From NCBI GenBank assembly GCA_964384105.1, contig CAYLJV010000004.1, forward strand, positions 77,820-141,819: DNA of 64,000 nucleotides, in the 5' to 3' direction. The DNA comes from Candidatus Hadarchaeota archaeon (GTDB taxonomy: Archaea; Hadarchaeota; Hadarchaeia; Hadarchaeales; JAGGTB01). A program made the position numbers and the translations under genes. Each line of letters starts with the position of its first letter. The first letter of the stretch is position 1. The notes below the pieces were generated by a model that saw nothing but the letters and a program-made list of their open reading frames with translations, was not told where the DNA came from and did not search any database. This document shows, piece by piece, positions 50,545-59,909 of this stretch.

Positions 50545-51550
50545 ATGTTAGAATTATTTGAAGTACTTTTTCTTGTTCTTGATCTATTAGTTCGTAGGCC
50601 TCTGCGGCTTTCTCGATAGGAATCTCGTGAGTTATGAGCTCTGATAGATCTAGTTCATTAATTATCTCCCATGAGAGGCTTATCCTTCTAGAGTGATCCC
50701 ATCGGCCCAAAAACTTTGGATTAATTGTACTGACCTGGCTACTTAAAATACTTATCCGATTTCTGTGGAATTTTGATCCCAGATTTAGTGAATTTTTCTT
50801 TTTCCCATACCATGAACCCACAATAATCCTTCCGTCAAATCTAGTTAGCTCAATGGCGAGGTCCAACGTTTCTGGGTTACCCGAGACCTCGTATGTCAGG
50901 TCTGCTCCGGGTTCTGGAAAATTTGTCTTTTCTATTAGATTCCGAGACTCATCTGGATCTAAGGATATATCTGCCCCAAATCTTTTAGAAAATTCTCTTC
51001 TTAACGAGTGAGGTTCTACTGTTACGATTTCCGACAGGGGAAATTTGGAGAGAAGATTTGTAGTAATAAGACCTATCACTCCTTGACCAATAACTGCTAC
51101 GTATTCTCCAATTATGGGATTACCATCCATTATTAGATTAATTGCAGTTTCCACTGAGGGGAGAAAAGTTGCTTCTTTTTTTGTGATTTTTTTCGGGATT
51201 GGAAATAATTTGTCAGGTGTGGTAGTAAAATAGCTTTCGTGAGGATGAAAAGAAAAAACAAACTTGTTTTTCCAACTAGAATCAACATTTTCTCCTAAGG
51301 ATATTACCTTTCCAACGGAAGAATATCCATATTTGAGAGGATATTGAAAGTTTTTGGAAAGGTCCGCTATTTTGGTATCGAGAGGAAGGTTTTTCTCTAT
51401 CTGTTTTCGATAGAGTAACATCTCGGTACCGGCGCTTATTGAAGAAAAATCAGTTTTAACTAGTACTTTATTTGAATCTGGTGGATCGATTTCTTCAGAT
51501 TTTATCTCAACCTGATGAGGTTTGATAAGATAGAGAGATTTTCTTTTCAT
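50534..51550 (-). CDS. MDR-family (zinc-type) alcohol dehydrogenase-like oxidoreductase
   Basis: ISAGTE, YGYSSVG, GQGVIG, GSWYG. Confidence 0.9.
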   Translation of the reverse strand: MKRKSLYLIKPHQVEIKSEEIDPPDSNKVLVKTDFSSISAGTEMLLYRKQIEKNLPLDTKIADLSKNFQYPLKYGYSSVGKVISLGENVDSSWKNKFVFSFHPHESYFTTTPDKLFPIPKKITKKEATFLPSVETAINLIMDGNPIIGEYVAVIGQGVIGLITTNLLSKFPLSEIVTVEPHSLRREFSKRFGADISLDPDESRNLIEKTNFPEPGADLTYEVSGNPETLDLAIELTRFDGRIIVGSWYGKKKNSLNLGSKFHRNRISILSSQVSTINPKFLGRWDHSRRISLSWEIINELDLSELITHEIPIEKAAEAYELIDQEQEKVLQIILTYEN

Positions 51551-51557
51551 AATATAT

Positions 51558-52133
51558 TTATCGTATCATCTTTTCTTCCAGATCTCTTAAGGGCGTTTCG
51601 CTGTAATCAATTCCAATATCAACACTTTCTTTTCCTTTAACCACTATCGCTGCTGTTTTATTTCCCCTGATGTCTCCTCCTTTTTCGGCTCCGCTTCTAA
51701 GTGCTGAATAGATTCTCCTTGCTAGTGTACATTCAGTTTTTGTAAAATATCTTCCCATTTCATCAACTGTTTCTTTAGTCTTGAGCATATTTCCTATAGC
51801 GATGTAATATTTCCCTATTTTCTCATTCATTTCTTTAGGGCACGAATCACCAGTATGGGTGGCTTTTTTTCCAGAGAAACTTAGTATGGCTACCTGTCGT
51901 TTCTTCGATAGGCTGTCTTCCGCAGTTAATTTCCTTAAGATGTTAAGGGGGCTAAGACCTTTTTCTAAGAGTTTTATCCCTTCTTTCCCGTACATTACAT
52001 TCGTATACCCTTGAGTGACTATAGCTCCGGTATTCTTTTTTGTCCAAGGTACTCTATCCCTAACGGCTATAGACCCGGAAACTACTCCCGCTCCGATATT
52101 GTACTTATCTCTTGCCAGAATTGAGAAAGTCAT
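51558..52133 (-). CDS. DUF1028 family (Ntn-hydrolase-like) protein
   Basis: MTFSILARD, RQVA, HTG, GNML, GGD.RG. Confidence 0.9.
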   Translation of the reverse strand: MTFSILARDKYNIGAGVVSGSIAVRDRVPWTKKNTGAIVTQGYTNVMYGKEGIKLLEKGLSPLNILRKLTAEDSLSKKRQVAILSFSGKKATHTGDSCPKEMNEKIGKYYIAIGNMLKTKETVDEMGRYFTKTECTLARRIYSALRSGAEKGGDIRGNKTAAIVVKGKESVDIGIDYSETPLRDLEEKMIR

Positions 52134-52225
52134 TCTTTCATCTGGTAGTAGTGAAAAACAAGATCTAAATTAATTTTTCTTAATACTGATGCGATTAGAA
52201 TTAAGGTGTAGGATTCTTTAATTTT

Positions 52226-52456
52226 TTATTCCGTTACCACACTGGTATTTGTTGTTTTGACACCATCAATTTCCCTAATTTTCCCTACTATTTTTTCTGT
52301 TATTTCGGTCATTTCCTCAGTTTCTGCTAGAGCAATTACGTCGTATGCTCCCGTCACCATATTTGCTTTCGTTATACCTTCGATTTTCTTAATTTCTTCG
52401 AAAACTTTTCTCAGTTTGCCAATATTAGCATCTACTAAAATAAACACTTTAGCCAA
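52226..52456 (-). CDS. Lrp/AsnC ligand-binding-domain protein (paralog of 28344)
   Basis: VTGAYDVI...IREIDGVKTTNTSVV; TTG start. Confidence 0.9.
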   Translation of the reverse strand: MAKVFILVDANIGKLRKVFEEIKKIEGITKANMVTGAYDVIALAETEEMTEITEKIVGKIREIDGVKTTNTSVVTE

Positions 52457-52608
52457 TTTATCCCCATAATACAATCGTTGCTTCATTTCTATTAGTTTTA
52501 CCTTTTTCATCGATTTTCAGAATGTTTAGTAACTTCCGATATCTTTCAGGTTTTTTAATTCGGAAACGTTCTAATACCAGTAGATAGCCAATAAATAGGT
52601 GGTAATGT

Positions 52609-52824
52609 ATGAAAACCATAAGCTGTTCTCTTTTCCCGGATGAAGCGGATTTAAGCTTTGATGAAAAAGAAAATTTTGAGATAGGTATACCAGACGATGA
52701 TTACGATAAACTTTCGAAAAAAGCGAAAGAAGAGAAGATAAGTGTCAAAAAGCTGATTGAACAGGAATATTTCAGCGTTAGTAGAATACCCGATCGCTGG
52801 AAGGTTAAGCCCCAAGGTAACTGA
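52609..52824 (+). CDS. Small hypothetical protein (RHH-like)
   Basis: AGGTGG SD; IGIPDDDYDKL..KA...SV..LI. Confidence 0.6.
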   Translation: MKTISCSLFPDEADLSFDEKENFEIGIPDDDYDKLSKKAKEEKISVKKLIEQEYFSVSRIPDRWKVKPQGN

Positions 52825-53170
52825 TCTTGAAGTTAGTAGATTGAAGTGATTTGCCGATTTATTCTTAAATTATAGGTGACCTATATTAAATCCGCAAATA
52901 TTGCTTTGATTTAGAATTAGGGTCTATTTTGGTAGAATCTTTTACTTCATCTTTAGCTAGTTAAAAAGATATTTCTGAGTTTACCTACGCATCAATGTCA
53001 CCAAAAATAGCTTCGTGTGAAATCCTTATGAAAAGACTGGTAGATTGCCCGGAGGACTAACCTCCATTTTTTTATCACTACTGATTATCAGTCCTTATGA
53101 TTAGTTCGTAATCGTAATAAATAGTTCAAAATACTTAATAATTACATAATTAGACCTCTCGAGTGGTTAA

Positions 53171-54475
53171 ATGGAAATTCTTTTTGTTGATGATGACCTT
53201 ATTCTATTGGAACAAGCAGAATTGCTTCTAGAAAAAGAAAATAGAGAATTTAAGGTGAATACAGCTACTTCTGCCAGAGAAGGTTTGAAATTACTTGAAA
53301 AGAACAGTTATGATGCTATTATTTCAGATTATCAGATGCCCGAGATGGATGGATTGGAGTTCTTAGAGGTTGTAAGAGGGAGATACCAAGATTTGCCTTT
53401 TATCATTTTTACGGGTAAAGGTCGCGAGGAAGTTGCGATGAAAGCTCTAAATCTCGGAGCCGACCGATACCTGCAGAAAGGTGGTGGTCTTTCCCAGTAT
53501 GGGATGCTAAGTAATGCGATAGTTCAAGAGATTGAAAGAAGGCGAGCTGAGAACAGATTAAAAAATTCGGAAAGAAAATTCAGAAAGAGCTTTGAAGCCA
53601 TTCCAGACCCTGCTTTCTTGTTGGATAAAGAAGGAGTGTTTGAGGATGTTAATAACATGGCTTTGAAAAAATTAGGTTTTGATAGAGAAGAAATTGTTGG
53701 TTCTTCGCTTTGGGATGTTCCATTTTTTCCAAAAGAAACTGTAGAAAAGACTACAATGAATTTCAAAAGACGAAAGAAAGGCGAAAAAGTCTCACCTTAT
53801 ATCGTGGAGTTAAGTAGCGAAGACGGAGAAAGTGTTCACGTAGAGGTTAATGTGGGAGTCTTCGAGGCCGAAGAAGATTTTTCAGGGGAAATAGTGATCG
53901 CCAGAGATATTACCGACCGAAAAATTATCGAGGAAACTGTTCTCGATGCGGCTTCAGCATTGATATCCTCTATAGGGACCGAGGAACTTTTTCAGAAAAT
54001 AGTAGACGGCGCGAGGAGAATCTCGGATGCAAAATTTGTTTCTTTTGCCCTGTATAATCCCGAAGAAAACGCCGTTGTTCCGAAAGCTTTGTCAGGGGTG
54101 GGTTCTTCACTCATTAAAAATGTGTCTAGACTTTTAGGAATAGATCGATTGTTGGAAATTGAGTTGCCTGTCGATAACTGTGAGAGTTTCGAAGAATTTT
54201 TGGAATGTAAAGAGAGAAAACCCATTCACCTAAATGGTTTTTATGAATATACCTTTGAATTTTTTGATGAGAAAGCTTGCAAGATGATTGAAAAAATAGC
54301 CGGAATTAGGGAGATAGTCGCAATTCCTTTGCTGGAGGATAAAAAACTTGTCGGTCTCTTGAGCTATATCTTTCCTGATGAAGAAAAGCGAAATTATACT
54401 CCTCTTTTAATATTTGCAGATTTTGCGTCTCAGGCTATACAGAATTCCAAGAGGATTAATTCTTCTTCATATTGA
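53171..54475 (+). CDS. Response regulator REC-PAS-GAF protein without an output domain
   Basis: VDDD/ISDYQMP/FTGKG; PAS ending RDIT; GAF IPL...VG.L. Confidence 0.88.
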   Translation: MEILFVDDDLILLEQAELLLEKENREFKVNTATSAREGLKLLEKNSYDAIISDYQMPEMDGLEFLEVVRGRYQDLPFIIFTGKGREEVAMKALNLGADRYLQKGGGLSQYGMLSNAIVQEIERRRAENRLKNSERKFRKSFEAIPDPAFLLDKEGVFEDVNNMALKKLGFDREEIVGSSLWDVPFFPKETVEKTTMNFKRRKKGEKVSPYIVELSSEDGESVHVEVNVGVFEAEEDFSGEIVIARDITDRKIIEETVLDAASALISSIGTEELFQKIVDGARRISDAKFVSFALYNPEENAVVPKALSGVGSSLIKNVSRLLGIDRLLEIELPVDNCESFEEFLECKERKPIHLNGFYEYTFEFFDEKACKMIEKIAGIREIVAIPLLEDKKLVGLLSYIFPDEEKRNYTPLLIFADFASQAIQNSKRINSSSY

Positions 54476-54616
54476 TTTTTTTAAAATAAGAATTATTTTT
54501 TAGTGTCATTATAGGAAGTCGAGACTATGCGTTCTCTTTCTGACAATCTCACAGTAATTACTATTTGATAAGATGATAAAGATATTACACCAAAGTCACA
54601 ACAAAGAGGTTTCCGT

Positions 54617-54988
54617 GTGGGAAAAATTAAGAAAGGACTCTGGATTTTTGCAGGTTCTTTATCTTTAGGAGTCGGGATAATCGGGATATTTTTACCGTTG
54701 CTACCGACAACTCCCCTTCTTTTACTCGCAGCGGCCTGCTACGCGAAAGGCTCTAAGAGGATGCATGATTGGCTTCTGAACAACAGATGGTTCGGAAAAT
54801 ATATCAAGGCGTATAAGGAGAAAAAGAGAATACCAGTAAAAACAAAAGCAGTTTCCATTACTTTCCTTTGGGCTACGCTCGGATACTCTATTTTATTTGT
54901 GGTTTCCATTCTCATTATCAGGCTTTTGTTATTGGCTATAGGAGTGGGTGTCACCCTACATATACTCATGATAGGGAGGACGAAATAA
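54617..54988 (+). CDS. ybaN: YbaN/DUF454 membrane protein
   Basis: LPLLPTTP.LLLAA.C...S.R.H.WLL. Confidence 0.92.
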   Translation: MGKIKKGLWIFAGSLSLGVGIIGIFLPLLPTTPLLLLAAACYAKGSKRMHDWLLNNRWFGKYIKAYKEKKRIPVKTKAVSITFLWATLGYSILFVVSILIIRLLLLAIGVGVTLHILMIGRTK

Positions 54989-55038
54989 AACTGAATGTTT
55001 TAATTGGAGAAAAATCCAAAAAAAGAATGGAGGGAATT

Positions 55039-55260
55039 ATGAGAATTGAAATAAGAAATGTTGAGGCTAAGACTATAAACAGTAGTCTAAAGAGCCTCGT
55101 CGAAGCCGGTTTTGGCGAACGAGACCTAAAACTTATCGTTTTCCCCGAAGATATAGATACTCTAGCTGGAGAGTTGGGTTGTGACCCACTAGAAATAGAA
55201 GAGGGAACTAGGAATTTGAGGATAAAGGGTTGCGATGTGGAAATCGAAATGAAATCTTAA
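55039..55260 (+). CDS. Small hypothetical protein
   Basis: GGAGG SD before MRIEIRN. Confidence 0.6.
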   Translation: MRIEIRNVEAKTINSSLKSLVEAGFGERDLKLIVFPEDIDTLAGELGCDPLEIEEGTRNLRIKGCDVEIEMKS

Positions 55261-55340
55261 TGATTGGAACAATCATTGATACCGGTGGTGGAAAATCCTA
55301 TTGAATACAAATTTTTTCATTTTTTATATTTCTTAAAATT

Positions 55341-55937
55341 TCAAATCATCTCTGCATTGTCTGAGTATCCACTACTTTCGTAAGTTCCCTTGAAATCATA
55401 ATCAACAAGTTCGATTTTTTCGAGCCACTTAATCCATTTATATCCCCACTTACCAGGAACTACTAATCTCAGGTTTTCGGTCAAAGGTGTTCCGTCTCTT
55501 TCATATGCTAGTAGTATATCATCGCGTCTAGCCGTTTCTGTAGGTAAGTCAGTCTTAAAACCGTCTTTGGCGTAAAAGGCTACCTTTATCGCATTTTCTT
55601 TTACGTGAGCTTTTCTTAGGATGTAATTAAGTTTAACACCGGTCCAGTCGCCTTCGATTCTAGGCGATAGGGGCCCGGTAGCTACGCAGGATAATACTGC
55701 GTGTACGGTAGTTTCGGGCATTTCCTTTATGTTATCCAAGGTCAGTTCTAATGGGTTCTCGACGAGTCCAGTAACAGTTACGATATCTTTGCTCTGTGGT
55801 AGATTCTCGGTATCTTCGGGAGTTGTATCACGGATTGAGAATGATATAAATACAGAAATGGTCACCAGGCTTACGACTACTAGCAGAATCACAGTTGAGA
55901 GTTTACCTTTGTTTTCATCTTTTTTATCGTAAATCAT
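55341..55937 (-). CDS. Molybdopterin-dependent oxidoreductase (sulfite-oxidase-like), membrane anchored
   Basis: V.GLVENPL, LSCV, WTGV, LRLVVPG.WGYKW.KW. Confidence 0.9.
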   Translation of the reverse strand: MIYDKKDENKGKLSTVILLVVVSLVTISVFISFSIRDTTPEDTENLPQSKDIVTVTGLVENPLELTLDNIKEMPETTVHAVLSCVATGPLSPRIEGDWTGVKLNYILRKAHVKENAIKVAFYAKDGFKTDLPTETARRDDILLAYERDGTPLTENLRLVVPGKWGYKWIKWLEKIELVDYDFKGTYESSGYSDNAEMI

Positions 55938-56024
55938 TCCAGTGTTTACGGGTATCTCTATTTGGATATTAATAGTTTGAGTAGTTATAGAAAAAATCTT
56001 CAGGAATTGGAAGATGTCGTTAAG

Positions 56025-56279
56025 TTATACTCTCTTCAAAGCAAATTTGAACCAGTTAAAGTGTATGAGGATGTGTATCAGTGCTATTGCGCTGAAAATT
56101 AAACTTATATAGATGTGGATATCTCTCCACTCGAATCTGTTAAGGCCCAAGAACGTATCGAAGACTGATCCTTCCCCTTGGGGCAGTATAGTCCATGTTA
56201 CAATTCCGGAGATCAAAGCTACTAAAAACGTCAACAATGTTAGAATGTTTACACTTAGTTTCAATTCGATTTTATTCAT
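56025..56279 (-). CDS. DUF4405-like haem-b membrane protein
   Basis: ISG..., W.DIH.....F......H..IHFNW. Confidence 0.8.
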   Translation of the reverse strand: MNKIELKLSVNILTLLTFLVALISGIVTWTILPQGEGSVFDTFLGLNRFEWRDIHIYISLIFSAIALIHILIHFNWFKFALKRV

Positions 56280-56462
56280 TATTTCCTGCTTATTCTCCCA
56301 TTTTCTATTGTTTTTAACTTTATTATTTTCTTCTATAGTTCTTAAGGTCTTGAAGACGAAATCTGTCTGATAATATGACTTTTTGAACACAGATCCTACT
56401 TTTTAAACAGAGAGCACTTTTTTAACAAAACCGCCCACTAGGGCTTTGCACAAGAATTAACC

Positions 56463-57455
56463 CTATTTTTGTGCAAGGACCGAATCTGCACAAAAATTAA
56501 AATCAATTTCAATTCCCAGCTCGAACATCTCGTGAATGAGAACTATGATGTTGTGGGTCAAGCACTTCAATAGAATCTCGTTCTTCTGACTCAGTGGTCT
56601 TTCGTTTCTCAGTTTCATTCCTAACTTGCGTTTGAGCATGGCGAACACGGTTTCAGCATTACTCCGCTTGTGGTAGTGCTCCATGAACTCCTCCTTGTGA
56701 TAGTAAAAGTAGTCGTACATCTTCCTCCAGATCCGCGATCCCCTAGATTGTCCCGTGGCGTTGCTCCTGAACGGAATGTAGGGCACTCCTCCGTTTCGAC
56801 TGACTGCCTCCATGTTCTTTCGGGCACTGTAGGCCTTATCCGCACTTACCTCCCTTATGGAGAAGTGCTTTCCTGTGTTCTCCACCAGGGGAACGAACTC
56901 GGGGCTGTCTCCGCTTGGACCCTCCGTGACCCTAACTGCTGTTATCACGTTCGTTTTAACTCCGCTCATTACGTGAGCCTTTAAGAACTTTCTCAGCTCA
57001 CTCGGATTGTTATATTTGGCATGGTTCCACTCTTCGTAGACCTCTGTGCTGAATCCCGAGCTGTCCACCGTGAAGTCCTGTTCTACGCTTTCGAGCGGCT
57101 TAGCGGTTATGCTAATAAGCTTGTTCAATAATTCTGGGAGGTTTTTATCCCGGTAGAAGTTCAATATACTGTTGAAGTGTGGAACATCGTCCACAAGTCC
57201 CTGTTCTTGAGCCTCCTCGACCTCGCTTACAACTCGTCTGGAACTCTTTCCTGTGTACGTCTGCAACAATAAGGAGAAAAGCCTCGTCCTGATATCGTGT
57301 CCTTTTCTGCCCTTTCCAGGCTTTTGCTTCTCTTCGATTATCTTCAGGAGATCATAGACTAGACGTTTGAAGTGGACCTTCTCCGTAGTCTGGGCCAAGT
57401 TGTAAGCGGGCCAGTCTTGAGTACACTTTTCCTTAATTTCATTAGCTTTTTCCAT
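56463..57455 (-). CDS. DDE transposase, IS5 family (IS903-like)
   Basis: VDSSG, K.H, ADKAY, YHKRSNAETVF...KRK.G..LR. Confidence 0.93.
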   Translation of the reverse strand: MEKANEIKEKCTQDWPAYNLAQTTEKVHFKRLVYDLLKIIEEKQKPGKGRKGHDIRTRLFSLLLQTYTGKSSRRVVSEVEEAQEQGLVDDVPHFNSILNFYRDKNLPELLNKLISITAKPLESVEQDFTVDSSGFSTEVYEEWNHAKYNNPSELRKFLKAHVMSGVKTNVITAVRVTEGPSGDSPEFVPLVENTGKHFSIREVSADKAYSARKNMEAVSRNGGVPYIPFRSNATGQSRGSRIWRKMYDYFYYHKEEFMEHYHKRSNAETVFAMLKRKLGMKLRNERPLSQKNEILLKCLTHNIIVLIHEMFELGIEIDFNFCADSVLAQK

Positions 57456-57502
57456 TATCTTATTACCATATTCCCATAAGGTAATAAATAACATAAAAAT
57501 AT

Positions 57503-57524
57503 TTCCCTTAAGCTAATAAGGGAA
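57503..57524. promoter_or_regulatory. Inverted repeat, putative operator between the divergent transposase and RHH genes
   Basis: TTCCCTTA-N6-TAAGGGAA, flanked by two AATAACATAAA direct repeats. Confidence 0.55.
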
Positions 57525-57549
57525 TAAGTGAATAACATAAACTGATAAG

Positions 57550-57750
57550 ATGGGTGAAATGAAAATTGTTCTACCGGATGATCTTGAAGAGGAGTTCCGA
57601 GAAGAAGTTTTCAAAACTAGGGGTATGAAAAAAGGAAACCTCAGCAAATCTGTCAGAGAAGCTATAGAAATGTGGATCGAAGCTAAAAGAAAAAAAAGAT
57701 CAGATGCTGCCAAAAAGGCTTGGGAAAAAAGAAGAGAAGATAAAGATTAG
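57550..57750 (+). CDS. Ribbon-helix-helix regulator
   Basis: I.LPDDLEEEFR...KKG.LS..V.EAI..W. Confidence 0.85.
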   Translation: MGEMKIVLPDDLEEEFREEVFKTRGMKKGNLSKSVREAIEMWIEAKRKKRSDAAKKAWEKRREDKD

Positions 57751-57756
57751 TTTTTT

Positions 57757-58779
57757 GTGATTATGAGTTCGAAAGATTGGATAGAAAAAAGAATAGAAAA
57801 CTTGATTAGAAGATCTGAGGAATTTAAAGCTATTGAGCCTAATATTGCAAACAACTTCCAGTCTTGGACTGCATTAAAACTTATAGTTTTAGCGATTGTT
57901 GTAAATTTCTATACGAGTATCATAAGAAAATATCCTTTTTTTGAAAACGTTTATTTTATTGATGCTTTATCAGGGGCAGGTGTGTGTGATATGAGAGACT
58001 GTCCTGAATGTGTAATAGGCTCCCCCCTTTTAGTTTCGGACATGGCTGGTAATTTTTTCTCAAAAATGTATTTTATTGAACAAAATGACAATTACAGAAA
58101 CGCCCTTGGTAAAAGATTGAATTATCTCAATAAAAATGAAGCTTTTGAATTAGAAAAAAAGAATTATGAGATTAAACATGGTGACGCTAATGAAAAGATA
58201 CCCGAAATAATCGAAGAAATAAGAAAAGAAACAAATTTCGAAAATTGTAATTATCTGGCTTTTATAGACAATCAAGGTTTTGACGTAAAATGGAAAGCTA
58301 TGAGTAAATTAATTGAACCTTATGGTGATTTGTTAATTAATTTTCAAACGGGTAGTTATGCTAGAGAGTGGGGTAAGGCTAAATCAGGAGATACAAATTC
58401 AATTAAGTTACTTAACGAGTTCTTTGGCACTAACTTCGATGAGTTTGCTTGGTCTCAGGTAGATGGAGGGGATGGACTTAGAAATCTTTATATGAATAGA
58501 TTAGCGGATGAAGGAAGAGAAATTCAGGACTATATAACTATTCGTAGCAAGAAAGGAAGAACGTTTCGATACGATATGATTTACTGTACTCGAAAAACCC
58601 GTGGGGGGAGTCCGTATATACAGGTATTCAAAGATGTAAAACCAAAAATAGAGAAACACACTGGCGATTCTGTGGATAAAATTTTGAAGATAATGCGTGG
58701 AGATTATACTTCATTAGATTACTTCTTTCCCGAGAAAGATAAAACAGAACAGAAAAAATTGTACTCTTTTGAAAGTTAG
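57757..58779 (+). CDS. tcmP: Three-Cys-motif partner protein (SAM-methyltransferase-like fold)
   Basis: WTALKL...Y, IDALSGAG, GSPL, FIE, GDAN, AFID; next to DUF5131. Confidence 0.85.
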   Translation: MIMSSKDWIEKRIENLIRRSEEFKAIEPNIANNFQSWTALKLIVLAIVVNFYTSIIRKYPFFENVYFIDALSGAGVCDMRDCPECVIGSPLLVSDMAGNFFSKMYFIEQNDNYRNALGKRLNYLNKNEAFELEKKNYEIKHGDANEKIPEIIEEIRKETNFENCNYLAFIDNQGFDVKWKAMSKLIEPYGDLLINFQTGSYAREWGKAKSGDTNSIKLLNEFFGTNFDEFAWSQVDGGDGLRNLYMNRLADEGREIQDYITIRSKKGRTFRYDMIYCTRKTRGGSPYIQVFKDVKPKIEKHTGDSVDKILKIMRGDYTSLDYFFPEKDKTEQKKLYSFES

Positions 58780-58784
58780 ATTTT

Positions 58785-59474
58785 TTAAATTTTAAAATAC
58801 CCATTTAGTAATCTTTTTAAATTTCTCTTTGCTCTGATTTCTGTAAATTCTTGAATTTTCTCTTTCAAATTTTCAATTTTTTCAGAATCAGGCTCCATTA
58901 AATTGTTATTTTTACTATCAGCTCCAATGCTTACAAACTCTGGATTTACTGTTCTAATCCATTCGACAAATTGTTCTAAGTCGAAATCCATTATAGGCTC
59001 GATGGAGACCATTTTTCTTGACCAGTTGACTTCTAGAAAATCTTTATATCTTTGATACGGTTCCGGAGCTTTTGAGATATGGTAGTTTCTGTTTGTCTCT
59101 AGCGTGGTGCCAACAACACTCTCTTCTGGTAAAAAGTCAACAAATTCAGCAATTCGAGAAGGATTCTTACTCTGAAATAAGTATGTATTGGAAAACTCTT
59201 TGCAGTAGTTCAATATCCCCTTTATTGCTTGTTCGGGGACCCACTCTCCAAACAAATCAGTAGCGGACCCTACGAAAATAATTTTATCCGAACCGAGATT
59301 CGTCTCTAACTCTTCATCTACCAATTCGACATTACCATTATACTTTTTTAAATTTCCAAGAAATCCCCTTTCCATGTAGCAATACCCACATTCGTGCAGG
59401 CATCTGCCTGCAAGTGGATTCCAAGTGTGTGTTACCCACGGATACATATGTCCGTTCGTTTTGTTCAAACCCAT
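58785..59474 (-). CDS. DUF5131 / phage Gp37Gp68 radical-SAM-like protein
   Basis: TWNPLAGRCLHECGYCY, SATDLF, FQSKNP, GTTLET, SIEP. Confidence 0.88.
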   Translation of the reverse strand: MGLNKTNGHMYPWVTHTWNPLAGRCLHECGYCYMERGFLGNLKKYNGNVELVDEELETNLGSDKIIFVGSATDLFGEWVPEQAIKGILNYCKEFSNTYLFQSKNPSRIAEFVDFLPEESVVGTTLETNRNYHISKAPEPYQRYKDFLEVNWSRKMVSIEPIMDFDLEQFVEWIRTVNPEFVSIGADSKNNNLMEPDSEKIENLKEKIQEFTEIRAKRNLKRLLNGYFKI

Positions 59475-59478
59475 ATTT

Positions 59479-59688
59479 TCACTTCCTACATCTCCTCTGA
59501 ATCAGTCCTTCTTCTATAGCTCTTTCAATATCTATATCGTATTTTTCAAGTTCATCTAAGTGATCTCCTATCCAGTCCTTTATTATGAAATTAGCCACAT
59601 CAGATTCAGATTTTCCTTTTATCCCAACTAACTCCTTTACTACAAATTTTGTGTATCCCTCAGTATAAACATCAATTTTCTCGGACAT
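59479..59688 (-). CDS. Small RHH-like protein (69 aa)
   Basis: MSEKIDVYTE...GKSESDVANFIIKDWI; the ORF-track extension runs through non-coding repeats. Confidence 0.65.
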   Translation of the reverse strand: MSEKIDVYTEGYTKFVVKELVGIKGKSESDVANFIIKDWIGDHLDELEKYDIDIERAIEEGLIQRRCRK

Positions 59689-59691
59689 TTT

Positions 59692-59709
59692 CACTGTATT
59701 AATACAGTG
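59692..59709. promoter_or_regulatory. Perfect 18-bp palindrome, putative operator
   Basis: CACTGTATTAATACAGTG, 3 nt upstream of the 59688 start. Confidence 0.65.
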
Positions 59710-59755
59710 TATAAACAGTAAAAAGATTTTCCCCCATTTTAAAAATATCTTTAGA

Positions 59756-59900
59756 AAATAGGGATTTGCACAAAAGCCGCTTTTTGCAAAGTAATTGCAT
59801 AATATACGAATATTGCACAATATTTGTCCAAGAAGTTGCACAAAATAAGCCGGTCTACACAGAAACCGCACAGAAACCAACCATTTCTTGTGTAAACACT
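59756..59900. repeat. Cluster of transposon-end-like (TG)CACA..A(G/A)CC / TTGCA motifs
   Basis: GCACAAAAGCC, TTGCACAAT, GCACAAAATAAGCC, ACACAGAAACC, GCACAGAAACC within ~140 bp. Confidence 0.7.
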
Positions 59901-59909
59901 AAAGCAGGT

